In this document: in pieces, positions 38,892-48,494 of the stretch
How positions within the stretch are numbered: position 1 is the first letter of the stretch
How the letters are laid out: each line of letters starts with the position of its first letter
Assembly: GCA_050299315.1 (NCBI GenBank)
Contig: JBNKVS010000002.1
Location: 18,974-82,973, forward strand
Direction of reading: 5' to 3'
From: Polyangiaceae bacterium
Lineage (GTDB): Bacteria > Myxococcota_A > Polyangia > Polyangiales > Polyangiaceae
Length of the DNA stretch: 64,000 nt
Program-made: the position numbers and the translations under genes
Notes under the pieces: generated by a model
The model's database searches: none
What the model was told of the DNA's origin: nothing
The model's input: only the letters and a program-made list of their open reading frames with translations

Positions 38892-40097
38892 TCAAGGAGC
38901 TCGTCCGTCGCCGGGCTCGGCGGCGGTGCAGTACCCCTCGGCGACGACGCGATTTCGCCCGGCTTGCTTCGCCTCGTACAGGCACCGGTCCGCGGTCAAA
39001 ATCAAACGGTCTGCGCTGGAGGCGACCTCCGCGTCGTAGGCGCAGCAGCCAATGCTGATGGTGACGGAACGAGCCGGTTCGCCGACGAACACACGCTTGG
39101 CCACGGCGCAGCGCAGGCGCTCGGCCACTCGGATGGCGCCGACGAGGGGTACGCCTCTCAACACGGCCGCAAATTCCTCCCCACCGTAGCGAGCGAAGGC
39201 GTCTTCGGTGCGCAGCTCGCGCTGGCACGCTGCGGCCACCTCGGTGAGCACGCGGTCCCCCTCGGGGTGGCCGTGCTCGTCGTTGACCCGTTTGAAAAAG
39301 TCGATGTCGAGGAGCAAGAGAGACAGCGCGCTGCGGTGGCGGTCGGAATAGGTGAGCTCGGCCTCGATACGCTTCTGGAGATAGCGTCGATTGAACGCTC
39401 CGGTAAGCGCATCGCGCACACTCGTCTCGTAGAGCTGCATCAGGAGCGCCTCCTGGTGCGCATCCATCCAGCAGAATCGAAACGTCGCCACGGCGCCGAC
39501 GCGGATCAGGTCCCCTTGCCGCAGCTGCACCCGGTCGATGCGCCGCCGGCTCACGAACGTTCCGTTGCGCGAGGAGAGGTCCTCGAGCACGAACGCGTCG
39601 CCCAGCAGGCAGATGCGCGCGTGCTTGCGGCTGACGCCCTCGTCCGGAAGGTGCAAATCGGCTCGGTGGCTGCGACCGATCGTCAACTGATCTCGAGAGA
39701 GCGAGAAGACCCGCCCCGCATCGGGGCCGTCGATGCGCGTCAGCACGCCGCGAACGAGCCCGGGGTCCCCGGGCTCCGACTCGAAGTGCGGCGGCTGGGA
39801 CCGGGGCGGAATCGTCGCAGGGGCGTCTCGATCGTCCCAGGTGGGCACGGGGCGACGAGATAGGGCTCCGTCGAGCGCGTCCTTCGAGAGTGGCTCATCC
39901 ATGCCGAATCTCTTCGACGGGGGCAGCTCTTCGGGGCGGACGGCGCGAATCGTCTTCGTGGGATGAGTGGCGTAGTCGAACAAGACCGTCTTGGGGCCCG
40001 AAGCGGGCGCCTTCCCGGCTGCCAGCAGGCGCGCGCGGGAAGCGGAGCGAGCTTTCTCGACCGGATTGCTCTTCGAGGGCTCCTTCCGCTTACTCAC
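38892..40097 (-). CDS. FHA domain-containing diguanylate cyclase (FHA-GGDEF)
   Basis: FHA core LTIGRSHRADLHLPDEGVSRKHARI..LEDLSSRNGTFV. GGDEF domain DALTGAFNRRY..LLLDIDFFKRVNDEHGHPEGD..RYGGEEFA. Confidence 0.9.
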   Translation of the reverse strand: MSKRKEPSKSNPVEKARSASRARLLAAGKAPASGPKTVLFDYATHPTKTIRAVRPEELPPSKRFGMDEPLSKDALDGALSRRPVPTWDDRDAPATIPPRSQPPHFESEPGDPGLVRGVLTRIDGPDAGRVFSLSRDQLTIGRSHRADLHLPDEGVSRKHARICLLGDAFVLEDLSSRNGTFVSRRRIDRVQLRQGDLIRVGAVATFRFCWMDAHQEALLMQLYETSVRDALTGAFNRRYLQKRIEAELTYSDRHRSALSLLLLDIDFFKRVNDEHGHPEGDRVLTEVAAACQRELRTEDAFARYGGEEFAAVLRGVPLVGAIRVAERLRCAVAKRVFVGEPARSVTISIGCCAYDAEVASSADRLILTADRCLYEAKQAGRNRVVAEGYCTAAEPGDGRAP

Positions 40098-40374
40098 GTC
40101 AAATCAACGGACGGAAGGAAAAGAAAGACAAGCGGAGCGGAGGCCGGCGACCGGAGGCTCGAGGCAGCGGGAACGGGCCTCCGGCTCGCGTGCGCGAAAA
40201 AGTCGTTGGCGAGCTTCCCGTCACATGCCAACACGTGACCTTCGCTTTCCCCACCCCACCCGATACCGTGTTCCCTCAAGTCCACATCCACGTTTCGTGG
40301 CCTCCCCCCGCTCGGAATGCCCCCACCCAAAGTCTGGGGCATGAAGTCGCCCGCGGCCACGGAAGCGCAGCGTT

Positions 40375-41352
40375 TTGCAGCATGAGGGCTTCCAGCCCGG
40401 CGTCCTCGGGGCAGAAGCCTCGCGCGGAAGGCGAGCGCTCGGGGGCGCGGGCAGCGTGAACCTCTTTCGCAGAGCCGCGGCGCGGCTGGGCCTTCTTCGT
40501 GCCCCCTCGCCCCTCGAAGTAATGGCCGCCCATCTCGAGGCGCTCATCGCGGACCCGGAGGCGCAGCCCCGCCGAACCGAAAAGGTACACCTGCCGGTGT
40601 CCGACGGAGCCGGGCCTCGATGCCTGGCGGTCGAGCTCGGCCTCTCCCGCGTGGAGGGGTACCTCGAGCCCGATCAAAGCTTGCGGCTGGAAACCGCGGG
40701 CGATGCGTTTCTGCTTCACACGCGAGAAACTGCGCGTCGCAAGCTCATGATCGACGAGCTCGGCATGAGGTTCTCGCGGAGTCGCGGTGCCTTCACCAGC
40801 ACGTTGCCGATTGCCACGAAAAAGCAGCGACTCGCGGCGTGCCGACACGTGCAGCGGATGCTCGTCGAGCTGCTCGAGCTGGGATCCGGCCAGCACTATT
40901 CGGTGGCGCTCGAGAGGCGACTGAAACCCGACAACGCCCATCTCGTGGATCAGATCCGCACGCTCGTCCGCAAGCGGGACCTCGAGTCGAGGCGCGTCGT
41001 CTACCAGAGCATCGTCGGGGGTCGCTTCTACTTGCCCGTGTCGCTCGGCGACAGTGAGGCCGAGCTGCCCATGCCCCCCCCGTTCGAAGAGCCGCTGGGA
41101 GGGCGCCCCGTGTGGGCCGTCTTCAGCGACGAGCAAAGCCTGAAACACACCAAAGAAGTGGCGTCGATCGTGATTTCCGGTGTGCGTTTGATCCAGGCAG
41201 CGCACGTGCACGAGCTCGGGGGAATCAAGCTGAACCCAGGAGCTCAGTATGGCGGCGAGCTGTACGCACACGAGCTTCAGAGCCTCGGAGACTATCTGCG
41301 CCGCCTCGGGATGATGGAGGTCGTGCAGCCCAAGTCCTCGATGGCGCACTGA
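40375..41352 (+). CDS. hypothetical protein with SseB-like C-terminal domain
   Basis: C-terminal about 110 aa (GGRFYLPVS..GGRPVWAVFSDEQSLKH..GIKLNPGAQYGGELYAHELQSL) fits the SseB family pattern. N-terminal about 200 aa unassigned. Start uncertain. The antisense 357-aa ORF looks like a shadow frame. Confidence 0.45.
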   Translation: MQHEGFQPGVLGAEASRGRRALGGAGSVNLFRRAAARLGLLRAPSPLEVMAAHLEALIADPEAQPRRTEKVHLPVSDGAGPRCLAVELGLSRVEGYLEPDQSLRLETAGDAFLLHTRETARRKLMIDELGMRFSRSRGAFTSTLPIATKKQRLAACRHVQRMLVELLELGSGQHYSVALERRLKPDNAHLVDQIRTLVRKRDLESRRVVYQSIVGGRFYLPVSLGDSEAELPMPPPFEEPLGGRPVWAVFSDEQSLKHTKEVASIVISGVRLIQAAHVHELGGIKLNPGAQYGGELYAHELQSLGDYLRRLGMMEVVQPKSSMAH

Positions 41353-41542
41353 GCCCGGAGTGTTTTCCCGCGGCGCCGATCGCGCTCGACCAAAAGAATC
41401 CCCGCGACCCCGTTCGGGGCCGCGCCGCAGCGCCGACGGCTCGAGCCCGCGGGAAGCGTCGTCGACGGCGCTCGCCCCGGAAGAGAACGGCAGAAGAGCA
41501 ATCGCGTCGCCTGCGTGCGCCGCCGGCGCGCCGCAGCGGCGC

Positions 41543-43114
41543 TCAACGCTCGGAGCCGGACCAGGGGCGTGAAATCACACAGGCGTTCACCCCGCCGACA
41601 CCCATGCTGAGCTTGCCGGCCGCCTTGTTGGGAAATGGAACGGCGCGGTTGAACACCAGCGACTGCCGGAGCTGTGCGATGGATGGGTGCAGAGCTCTGC
41701 AGGGCAATGGCGTCGGGTAAAGTCGCCCGCACTCGTGCCCCAAGTACTGGGCCGTCAGCTCCCAGCCTCCTCCCACGCCCATGCCGTGACCGAAAGTGCC
41801 CTTGCGGGCCGTGACCAGGACGCTCGCGGGCAATACCGTCTGCAGGTTCTGCAGCTCCATGTAGTCCCCGGGCGTGGCCGTGGCGTGGAGATCCCAGGTG
41901 CCGACCTCCTCGGGCGCCGTACTGGCGAGCCGAAGAGCCGTTTGCATCGCCTGGCGAGGCCCTTCCATCGAGGGAGTGATGATGTGATCGGCATCTGCCG
42001 ACGTCCCCACGCTCAATGGCTCGAGACCGAGAGGCCGAAAGCCACGGCTCCTGGCGTACTCGAGATCTCCGACGACCCAGATCGCAGCCCCACCAGCGAC
42101 ATGGGTGCCTTTGAGCCCAGACATGGGGAGGGAGGGCTGCCCATCCGCCGACAGGACGCGAGCCCCGTAGAAGCCGCCGACCGTGAGCGGATGCGGCGGA
42201 GGGTCCGCGCAACCGACCACGACCAACTTGGCCTCCTGGCGATCGATCGCGTCGAGGGCGAGCTTGAGGCAAACGCCGAACGTCGCACACGCCGCCACGG
42301 GAGCGCAGGCGAGCCCGGTGATTCGGCCGATCATCGAAATCTGGAAGCTCGGCGTGTTGGCGATGTTCCAGAGGATGTTTGCCGACACTTCGTTCCATGG
42401 AGCCGAGGGCGCTCCCCACGTCTCCTGAAGATGATTCAACCGACGACGCTTGTCGCGAATCGCCGCGAGCTTCGCCGCCTCCACGTCGTCTCCGACGGCG
42501 TGCGACTCGATCTCGCGCAGCTCGCAGAGGTACTCGGCCAACTTGTCGGAGCGATTGGTCCAAAAGGCAAACCACGCGTCCTCGAGCTCCTCGCGGTCGT
42601 CCGGGTCGGCCGCCGTATGGGGATCGGTTGGGCAGCCCGCCACGGGAGCGCCGGCGAGATGCTCGCGCAGCGCTCGATTTCGTTCGGGTTGTGCCCAAAA
42701 GCGATTCCAGCGCCTCTGTGCGCGGTGGAAGCGGCGCGAGACGCGGTCGATCGTCGGCACCGCGCCCAGCGCGGTCGACACGTACACGCGGGCTTCGCTT
42801 CCCAGGTCGACCAGCTCCTTCTCGAGCCCCTCGTTCTGCTCCAGGGATTGAATGAACGCTCCGAGCGCGTAGAGCGTCGTGAGATCCATCTTGTCCCGCA
42901 ACTGGTTGAACCGACTCGGAGGAAAGCGCTTCTCGATCCAGCTCTGGTATTGGCGAAAGTCGAAGCGGGGCTGGCCCACCAGGAAATTGTCGGGGCCGAA
43001 CCCGTTGAAGGGCGTCAGCCAGCTCTCGGCGGCCTCCAAGCGGCGGGCGAACTGCTCGACGTTGCTGCACTCCGGAGCCACGACGCCCCAACCAAGAACT
43101 GCTGCCCTGCGCAT
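41543..43114 (-). CDS. stand-alone beta-ketoacyl synthase (FabB/F-type, Cys-His-His) with a large N-domain insertion
   Basis: Active-site Cys in PVAACATFG, His in LHATATPGD, His in GTFGHGMGVGG. About 100 extra residues (..RFHRAQRRWNRFWAQPERN..LQETWGAPSAPWNE) precede the Cys compared with FabF of about 410 aa. ATG 43114 (MRRAAVLGWGVVAP). Confidence 0.85.
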   Translation of the reverse strand: MRRAAVLGWGVVAPECSNVEQFARRLEAAESWLTPFNGFGPDNFLVGQPRFDFRQYQSWIEKRFPPSRFNQLRDKMDLTTLYALGAFIQSLEQNEGLEKELVDLGSEARVYVSTALGAVPTIDRVSRRFHRAQRRWNRFWAQPERNRALREHLAGAPVAGCPTDPHTAADPDDREELEDAWFAFWTNRSDKLAEYLCELREIESHAVGDDVEAAKLAAIRDKRRRLNHLQETWGAPSAPWNEVSANILWNIANTPSFQISMIGRITGLACAPVAACATFGVCLKLALDAIDRQEAKLVVVGCADPPPHPLTVGGFYGARVLSADGQPSLPMSGLKGTHVAGGAAIWVVGDLEYARSRGFRPLGLEPLSVGTSADADHIITPSMEGPRQAMQTALRLASTAPEEVGTWDLHATATPGDYMELQNLQTVLPASVLVTARKGTFGHGMGVGGGWELTAQYLGHECGRLYPTPLPCRALHPSIAQLRQSLVFNRAVPFPNKAAGKLSMGVGGVNACVISRPWSGSER

Positions 43115-43383
43115 GGAGATCAATCCCGGCAGACTGCCAGCGGTGCGGCCATAGTCAACTCTCCACGAAGCGCCTTGCATGGGCTCGGAGCGCCTCGCAT
43201 GTTTTCCATCCGTACGGTAAGCGCGACGGCACTCGGCGTCGGGTCCGAATGCCCGCCGTTGCGCACGGCTTTCGAAAAGCGCGCTCGCGTGCGTAAACCA
43301 AGCAATCCCAGCTACGTCGGGGGCATGAAATGTACTACCTTCCTCTTGGCTTCGGCGACAGTGTCGCTAAAGTCTTGTAGAAC

Positions 43384-44646
43384 ATGCGAGTGCGTCTTCT
43401 TACACGGTCACGGGTCTCGAACGTCTTGGCCGGCCTACTGGCTTCGAACGGCGTAGTCATTTCGGCCGGGCTGCTGGGGCTGGCCGCGTGCGGCTCCGAT
43501 TCTGTCGGTGAGGGTACTCCAATCGCCGGAATGGGCGGGAATGCCGGAGATGGGGAGGGCCCTGCCGGCGGCTCCGGTGGAGCGGGCGCAAGCCCGACCT
43601 CGAGCGGGGGCACGCCGACGATCTTCAGCCCGGAAGGCGTCGGGGGCAGCCAAAACCGAGAAGATGAGGTCTGCGTCGGCGAGGAAGCCAATTCGCAGCC
43701 CATTCCCGCCATCGTGGAGCTCCTCGTCGATACGAGCACCTCCATGAACCAAACGGCCGCCGGGGGTGGTGGGGGGCCGACGAAGTGGGAAGAGACGCGT
43801 ACGGCCTTACTGGACGCGCTCGGTTTGATGACGGACACCACGCAGGTCGGCCTCGTCTTCTACCCCGACGTCGGAGGAGGAGCCGCTTCGTGCTTCGACG
43901 AGGACGAAGACGTGCCCATCGGTCTTCTCTCCGGATCCGAGCAGCGCGACAAGCTCAGCAGCGCCTTCGCGAGCCAGGCGCCCAGCGGCAGCACGCCCAC
44001 CCACGACGCCTACGTGTACGCGCTCGAGCGACTGGAGAGCTTCTCGGAGCCCGGGGAGCGGTTCGTGGTCTTGATCACGGACGGCGAGCCCACCTTCGCG
44101 CTCGGCTGCCAGGGCTCGGGAGTCCCGAATGATCCGGCGGACCCCGCGCCTCTCATCCCCGAGGCGGCCCAGGCGCTGAGCAGCGGCATCAAGACCTTCG
44201 TCATCGGGTCTCCGGGCAGCGAAGGGGCCCGCGAGAGCCTCTCGCAGATGGCCGAAGCGGGTGGAACGGGCCCGACCGACTGCAGCCACGAGGGGCCGAA
44301 CTTTTGCCACTTCGACATGACCGAGGAGCCGAGCTTCTCGGAGGCACTGAGCGGAGCCTTGGCAGAAATCGCCGGCCAGACCCTGACCTGCGCCTACGAC
44401 GTGCCCGATCCCCCCAGCGGCGAGCGGCTGGATTTGGACAACCTCGTGAATGTCTTCTTCACCGAGTCGGGGCAGGAGCGAGAGCTTCTGCCACGGGCGG
44501 CGGAAGGCGTCGAGTGCACGGATGGCTGGCAGTACACGGAAGATCGCTCGCGGCTGGTGTTGTGCCCCGCGACCTGCAGTCGGATTCAGGCGCTCTCGGG
44601 TGAGCTCTCCCTCGAGTTCGGCTGCGAGTCTAGAATTCCGTACTGA
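43384..44646 (+). CDS. secreted von Willebrand factor A lipoprotein
   Basis: Signal peptide with lipobox LGLAAC. Gly-rich linker. MIDAS DTSTSM .. GSTPT .. VLITDGEPT. Cys-rich C-terminal module. Confidence 0.8.
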   Translation: MRVRLLTRSRVSNVLAGLLASNGVVISAGLLGLAACGSDSVGEGTPIAGMGGNAGDGEGPAGGSGGAGASPTSSGGTPTIFSPEGVGGSQNREDEVCVGEEANSQPIPAIVELLVDTSTSMNQTAAGGGGGPTKWEETRTALLDALGLMTDTTQVGLVFYPDVGGGAASCFDEDEDVPIGLLSGSEQRDKLSSAFASQAPSGSTPTHDAYVYALERLESFSEPGERFVVLITDGEPTFALGCQGSGVPNDPADPAPLIPEAAQALSSGIKTFVIGSPGSEGARESLSQMAEAGGTGPTDCSHEGPNFCHFDMTEEPSFSEALSGALAEIAGQTLTCAYDVPDPPSGERLDLDNLVNVFFTESGQERELLPRAAEGVECTDGWQYTEDRSRLVLCPATCSRIQALSGELSLEFGCESRIPY

Positions 44647-45567
44647 ATGCCGCGTGTGCTCGGCCCATTCGAACACGGGCCGGTTGCGTCTCCGCCCGTT
44701 GCCGAGTGCGTCCAAACCTTCGGTCCGCAGCTCGATGCGGGACGGATGAGCACCCTTCCGCTCACCCCCTCACCGGGGAACCACCCATCCGTAAGCGACA
44801 CGGTAGAGGGCTGGGCCGAGCGCTACGTGCGCTCCGAGAGCCTTTCACACAAGGTGGAGCCGCCCCCACCACCGAGCGCCTGGCGCGAGCCGCCCCGGCC
44901 GCAGCACGAGACGCGACCGGGACGACCATCCGAGTTGCGGGTCGTCACCAAGTCGCGCCCCGCACCGCGCAGCCTCCGCGATCTGGCCTGCCAGGCGCGG
45001 CTGCTTCACACGTTCTTTCATCACGAGCTTCAGGCGGCCGAGCTGATGTGCTGGGCGCTGCTTCGCTTCGCCGACGCGGAGTTGGATTTTCGCAAGGGCC
45101 TCCTCGGCATCGCGCTCGACGAAGTGCGCCATGCCCGCGCCTACCGAGACGAAATCGCGGCGCTGGGCTTCCGCATCGGCGACTTCGCCGTGCGCGACTG
45201 GTTCTGGCAGCGAGTTCCCACTTGTGACGACGAGCTGCAGTTCGTCGCGCTGATGGGCATGGGACTGGAGGCGGCCAATCTCGAGCACGCGCACACCTAT
45301 GCGGAGCGGCTCGAGTCCGTCGGCGCGCATCGAGCAGCAGCCTTGCAACGCCAAATCGAACGGGAGGAAACCAGCCACGTCGCGTTCGCCGTCCACTGGT
45401 TCTCGCGCTGGGCGGGAGAGCTGGATTTTCGCCGCTGGGAGTCTGCGCTTCCCCCCCCACTGACGCCGCTCATGATGAAAGGGGCCCCCGTCAATCGCGC
45501 CGCGCGGCTGCGCGCCGGGATGCCGAGGGCTTTCGTCGACGCCATTGCCCAATGGACTCCTCGGTAG
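44647..45567 (+). CDS. DUF455 family ferritin-like (putative di-iron) protein
   Basis: FFHHELQAAELMCWALL .. LDEVRHA .. GLEAANLEH .. EETSHVAF: four helix-embedded E/H metal-ligand motifs typical of DUF455/ferritin-like proteins. ATG directly abuts the upstream stop (TGAATG); the alternative start is ATG 44746. Confidence 0.7.
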   Translation: MPRVLGPFEHGPVASPPVAECVQTFGPQLDAGRMSTLPLTPSPGNHPSVSDTVEGWAERYVRSESLSHKVEPPPPPSAWREPPRPQHETRPGRPSELRVVTKSRPAPRSLRDLACQARLLHTFFHHELQAAELMCWALLRFADAELDFRKGLLGIALDEVRHARAYRDEIAALGFRIGDFAVRDWFWQRVPTCDDELQFVALMGMGLEAANLEHAHTYAERLESVGAHRAAALQRQIEREETSHVAFAVHWFSRWAGELDFRRWESALPPPLTPLMMKGAPVNRAARLRAGMPRAFVDAIAQWTPR

Positions 45568-46466
45568 CCGTTCGCAACGGCGACAGCGCTTGCTGGGTGT
45601 TGAATCTCGACGCCGAAGAGGAGCTGGCCGTCGGGGGCACGTATCGTTCGAGCCGTAGAACGCGTGAGGCGGTGGCGAGCCACGCGCAGCGCGCGACGCG
45701 CCTGCTCGGGCCCGGGGATGTCTGGTTGCGGGTCGACCGCGAGGCACCGCCCCACCCCCTACCCCGTCGCGGCCGTTGCTGGTGCCCGACGCCGTCCGCC
45801 CTGGCACTGCTGGCTGACCACGGCATCGCCGCGCCGCCCGCCCCGACCGCCTCCGTTCTGCGGCGGGTGAGCCATCGAAGCTTCTACTTGGCCCTGGGCG
45901 GAGGCGCCCCCGGGGCGCGGTACGTCACATCGGAATCGGAGCTGCAGCATCGGTTGGCGCGCCCAGGCGAAACTGCGTGGGTGCTCAAACGCCCCTATGG
46001 TGCAGCCGGGCGCCACCAGCGGAGGGTCGGCAGCCGCCTTTCTGGGGGCGACCGACAATGGTTGGCAGCGAGCCTTCGCCGAGATGGCCTGGTCGCGGAA
46101 CCGCTGCTCGTGCTGCGGCGCGAGTTCGCGCTCCACGGCCTGCTCGGGCCCGGGGGAGATCTGACGGTGGGCGACCCCTGCGTACAAGAAGTCGACGCCC
46201 GGCACACCTGGGTCGAGTCTCGCTTGGCCGAGGAAGGGGACCTCTCCGCCGTCGAACGGGCGCAGCTGCTAGGGGCCGCGCAGACCGCCGCGCGAGCGCT
46301 CGCCGAGGCCGGCTACTTCGGCCCGTTCGGCATCGACGCATATCGGTGGGAAGACTCGTGTGGCAACAGCCACTTCGCAGCCCTCGGCGAGCTCAATGCC
46401 CGTTTCACGATGGGCTTCGCGGTCGGCATGAGCCGGCGAAGCTGGCGCGCCCTGGAAGGCGCCTGA
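45552..46466 (+). CDS. ATP-grasp-like (preATP-grasp domain) protein, hypothetical
   Basis: CWVLNLDAEEELA N-terminus, WVLKRPYGAAGRHQRRV, GYFGPFGIDAY, LGELNARFTMG resemble ATP-grasp fold segments. Overlaps the DUF455 gene by 16 nt. Confidence 0.5.
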   Translation: MDSSVAVRNGDSACWVLNLDAEEELAVGGTYRSSRRTREAVASHAQRATRLLGPGDVWLRVDREAPPHPLPRRGRCWCPTPSALALLADHGIAAPPAPTASVLRRVSHRSFYLALGGGAPGARYVTSESELQHRLARPGETAWVLKRPYGAAGRHQRRVGSRLSGGDRQWLAASLRRDGLVAEPLLVLRREFALHGLLGPGGDLTVGDPCVQEVDARHTWVESRLAEEGDLSAVERAQLLGAAQTAARALAEAGYFGPFGIDAYRWEDSCGNSHFAALGELNARFTMGFAVGMSRRSWRALEGA

Positions 46467-46511
46467 GGCAAGGCGGGACACGCCCCGCTCGCGCCGATTT
46501 CGCCAGGTCGC

Positions 46512-48035
46512 TCACATCACGGCGCCGATGCGCCACGGCAAGAACTCGTTGTCACCAAAGCCGAACGCCTCGCTCTTGGTCTGCTCTCCCGACGCAACGC
46601 GCAGGAGGTGCTGAAAGATCCGCTGACCCATCTCCTGCACCCCAACGCCCCGAAGAACCAAGCCGCAGTCGACATCCATGTCGTCCTCCATCCGGTGGAA
46701 AGTATCACTGTTGGTGCTCAGCTTCAAACAGGGTGCGGGCTTGCTCCCGTAGACGGAGCCGCGGCCGGTCGTGAAGCAGACGACGTTCGCTCCAGAGGCG
46801 ATCTGGCCCGTGATGGAATAGGGATCGTTGCCGGGCGAATCCATGAACACGAGCCCCTTCGCGTCCACGGGCTCGGCGTAACGGTAGACTCCCATCAGCC
46901 CAGTGCTGCCTGCTTTCGCGACCGCTCCCAGGGATTTTTCGATGATGGTGGTCAGCCCCCCACGCTTGTTGCCGTGGGAAGGATTGTTGTTCATGCTCCC
47001 GCCGCAGGAGGCTACGTGCGCCTCCCACCAGGCGATTCGGTCCAAGAGCTTTTCCGCCACCTCACGGCTGCTCGCCCGCCGAATCAGAAGCTGCTCGGCC
47101 CCGTAGATTTCCGGGGTCTCCGAGAGAATGGCGGTGCCGCCGTGGCGAACCAGCAAATCCGCTGCGGCACCGAGGGCGGGATTGGCCGTGATGCCGGAGT
47201 AGCCGTCCGAGCCCCCACACTGCAGCGCCAGCGTGAGGTGGCTGGCAGCCACCGTGCGGCGCCGAGCTCGGTCCGCTTCCGGCAGCATCTCGACGAGGGC
47301 CCGCACGCCCTTGTCGAGCGTGCTGCGGCTGCCGCCCGAATCCTGGATGCTCATCACGCGCAGCCGCGGGCTCGGCCCGAGGCCGGCCTGCTCGAGCACG
47401 CCGCCCGCCTGGTTGGACTCACAGCCCAGCCCCAGCAAGACGGCCCCGGCAACGTTGGGGTGAAGCAAATAGCCGGCCAAAGTTCGTCGCAGGGTTTCGA
47501 TGTTCTCGCCCGTAGCCGCCGTACCGCATCCGCCACTGTGAGTGAACGCCACCACGTCGTCGACGTTCGGGTAGCGGCTCAGATGGCGAGTACGCACCTG
47601 GTCGACGATGGCCTTGGCGACGGTCGCCGAGCAGTTGACCGTGGTGACGACGGCCAACATGTTGCGGGTCGCGACCCGACCGTCGTCCCGCACGAAGCCC
47701 TCGAACGTGGCCCGGTCGCCCTCCGCGACCAGCTGGGTGGGCTGGTAGTCAGCGCCGCTGTCCGCGCCGCGCTCGAACGCTTCGTACGCGCAATTGTCGA
47801 CATGTACGTGATCGCCGACTGAGATGTCTCGCGAGGCGAAGCCGATGACTTGCCCGAACTTGCGCAGCGGCTCGCCCTTCGCCACCGCTGCGCTGGCCAG
47901 CTTGTGCCCCGCGGCAATCGGGTGACCGCAGCAGACTCCGAGCGCGTCTTCTCCCGGAGCGAGGTCACGCAGGGCGACGAGCACGTTGTCGGAGGGGTGT
48001 AGGCGTAAGGCGGCCGCGGCTTGTTCCAAGGGCAT
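46512..48035 (-). CDS. UxaA-family sugar-acid dehydratase (altronate/galactarate dehydratase-like)
   Basis: N-terminal SAF domain (LRLHPSDNVLVALRDLAPGE..GHKLA). GarD/UxaA C-terminal motifs (FTHSGGCG, LLGLGCE, LALQCGGSDGYSGITANP, NNNPSHGNKRGGLTTI). Confidence 0.9.
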   Translation of the reverse strand: MPLEQAAAALRLHPSDNVLVALRDLAPGEDALGVCCGHPIAAGHKLASAAVAKGEPLRKFGQVIGFASRDISVGDHVHVDNCAYEAFERGADSGADYQPTQLVAEGDRATFEGFVRDDGRVATRNMLAVVTTVNCSATVAKAIVDQVRTRHLSRYPNVDDVVAFTHSGGCGTAATGENIETLRRTLAGYLLHPNVAGAVLLGLGCESNQAGGVLEQAGLGPSPRLRVMSIQDSGGSRSTLDKGVRALVEMLPEADRARRRTVAASHLTLALQCGGSDGYSGITANPALGAAADLLVRHGGTAILSETPEIYGAEQLLIRRASSREVAEKLLDRIAWWEAHVASCGGSMNNNPSHGNKRGGLTTIIEKSLGAVAKAGSTGLMGVYRYAEPVDAKGLVFMDSPGNDPYSITGQIASGANVVCFTTGRGSVYGSKPAPCLKLSTNSDTFHRMEDDMDVDCGLVLRGVGVQEMGQRIFQHLLRVASGEQTKSEAFGFGDNEFLPWRIGAVM

Positions 48036-48116
48036 GATCTCCCGCCGAGACGCTAGCCACGAGCCCGGTGTAGCGACAATGGCAATCGACGCTGCGACGC
48101 GACCTCGGTCCGGCAT

Positions 48117-48494
48117 TCAGGTGCCGTCGGATATCTTCACGACTGCAGGCGCCAAGCGGCGCAATGTTTCGAGGCTACCGCGCTGCCAGTGCATCTTCGT
48201 GTCTCGGATCAGCTCGATCGTATACGGCCGCCCCGTCGTATCCACCTTGTGGACCCAGGAGATCAGAGCCTTGAGGCAGGCCGAGTTGATGAACGTCAAA
48301 TCGGCCAGGTCCACGACCACTTCCGTGAGCGGCGCGCTCAGGGCCACCTCGTGCAACTGCTCCAGGAACTGCCGCAACACGAGGGCGCCCTCGGTCTCGC
48401 CGCTGCCCGCGAACCGAAATCGGCATCGCTCCCCCTCCACCGGCCCAAGCCTCAGCCCGGCTTCCGCGACGCTGGGCACCCGCTCAGCGCTCAT
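48117..48494 (-). CDS. STAS-like partner-switching protein (anti-anti-sigma / SiaC-like fold)
   Basis: 125 aa. VVVDLADLTFINSACLKALISWV matches the STAS 'DLS.v.F.DSSG' segment, with Ser retained at the phospho-acceptor position. Overlaps the upstream HATPase gene by 4 nt. Confidence 0.55.
   Translation of the reverse strand: MSAERVPSVAEAGLRLGPVEGERCRFRFAGSGETEGALVLRQFLEQLHEVALSAPLTEVVVDLADLTFINSACLKALISWVHKVDTTGRPYTIELIRDTKMHWQRGSLETLRRLAPAVVKISDGT

Noticed and set aside
40276-43456. Antisense ORFs 40276-41349 (357 aa) and 41687-43456 (589 aa)
   Set aside because: They lie opposite the SseB-like and ketosynthase genes. No motifs; His/Arg/Leu-rich shadow composition.
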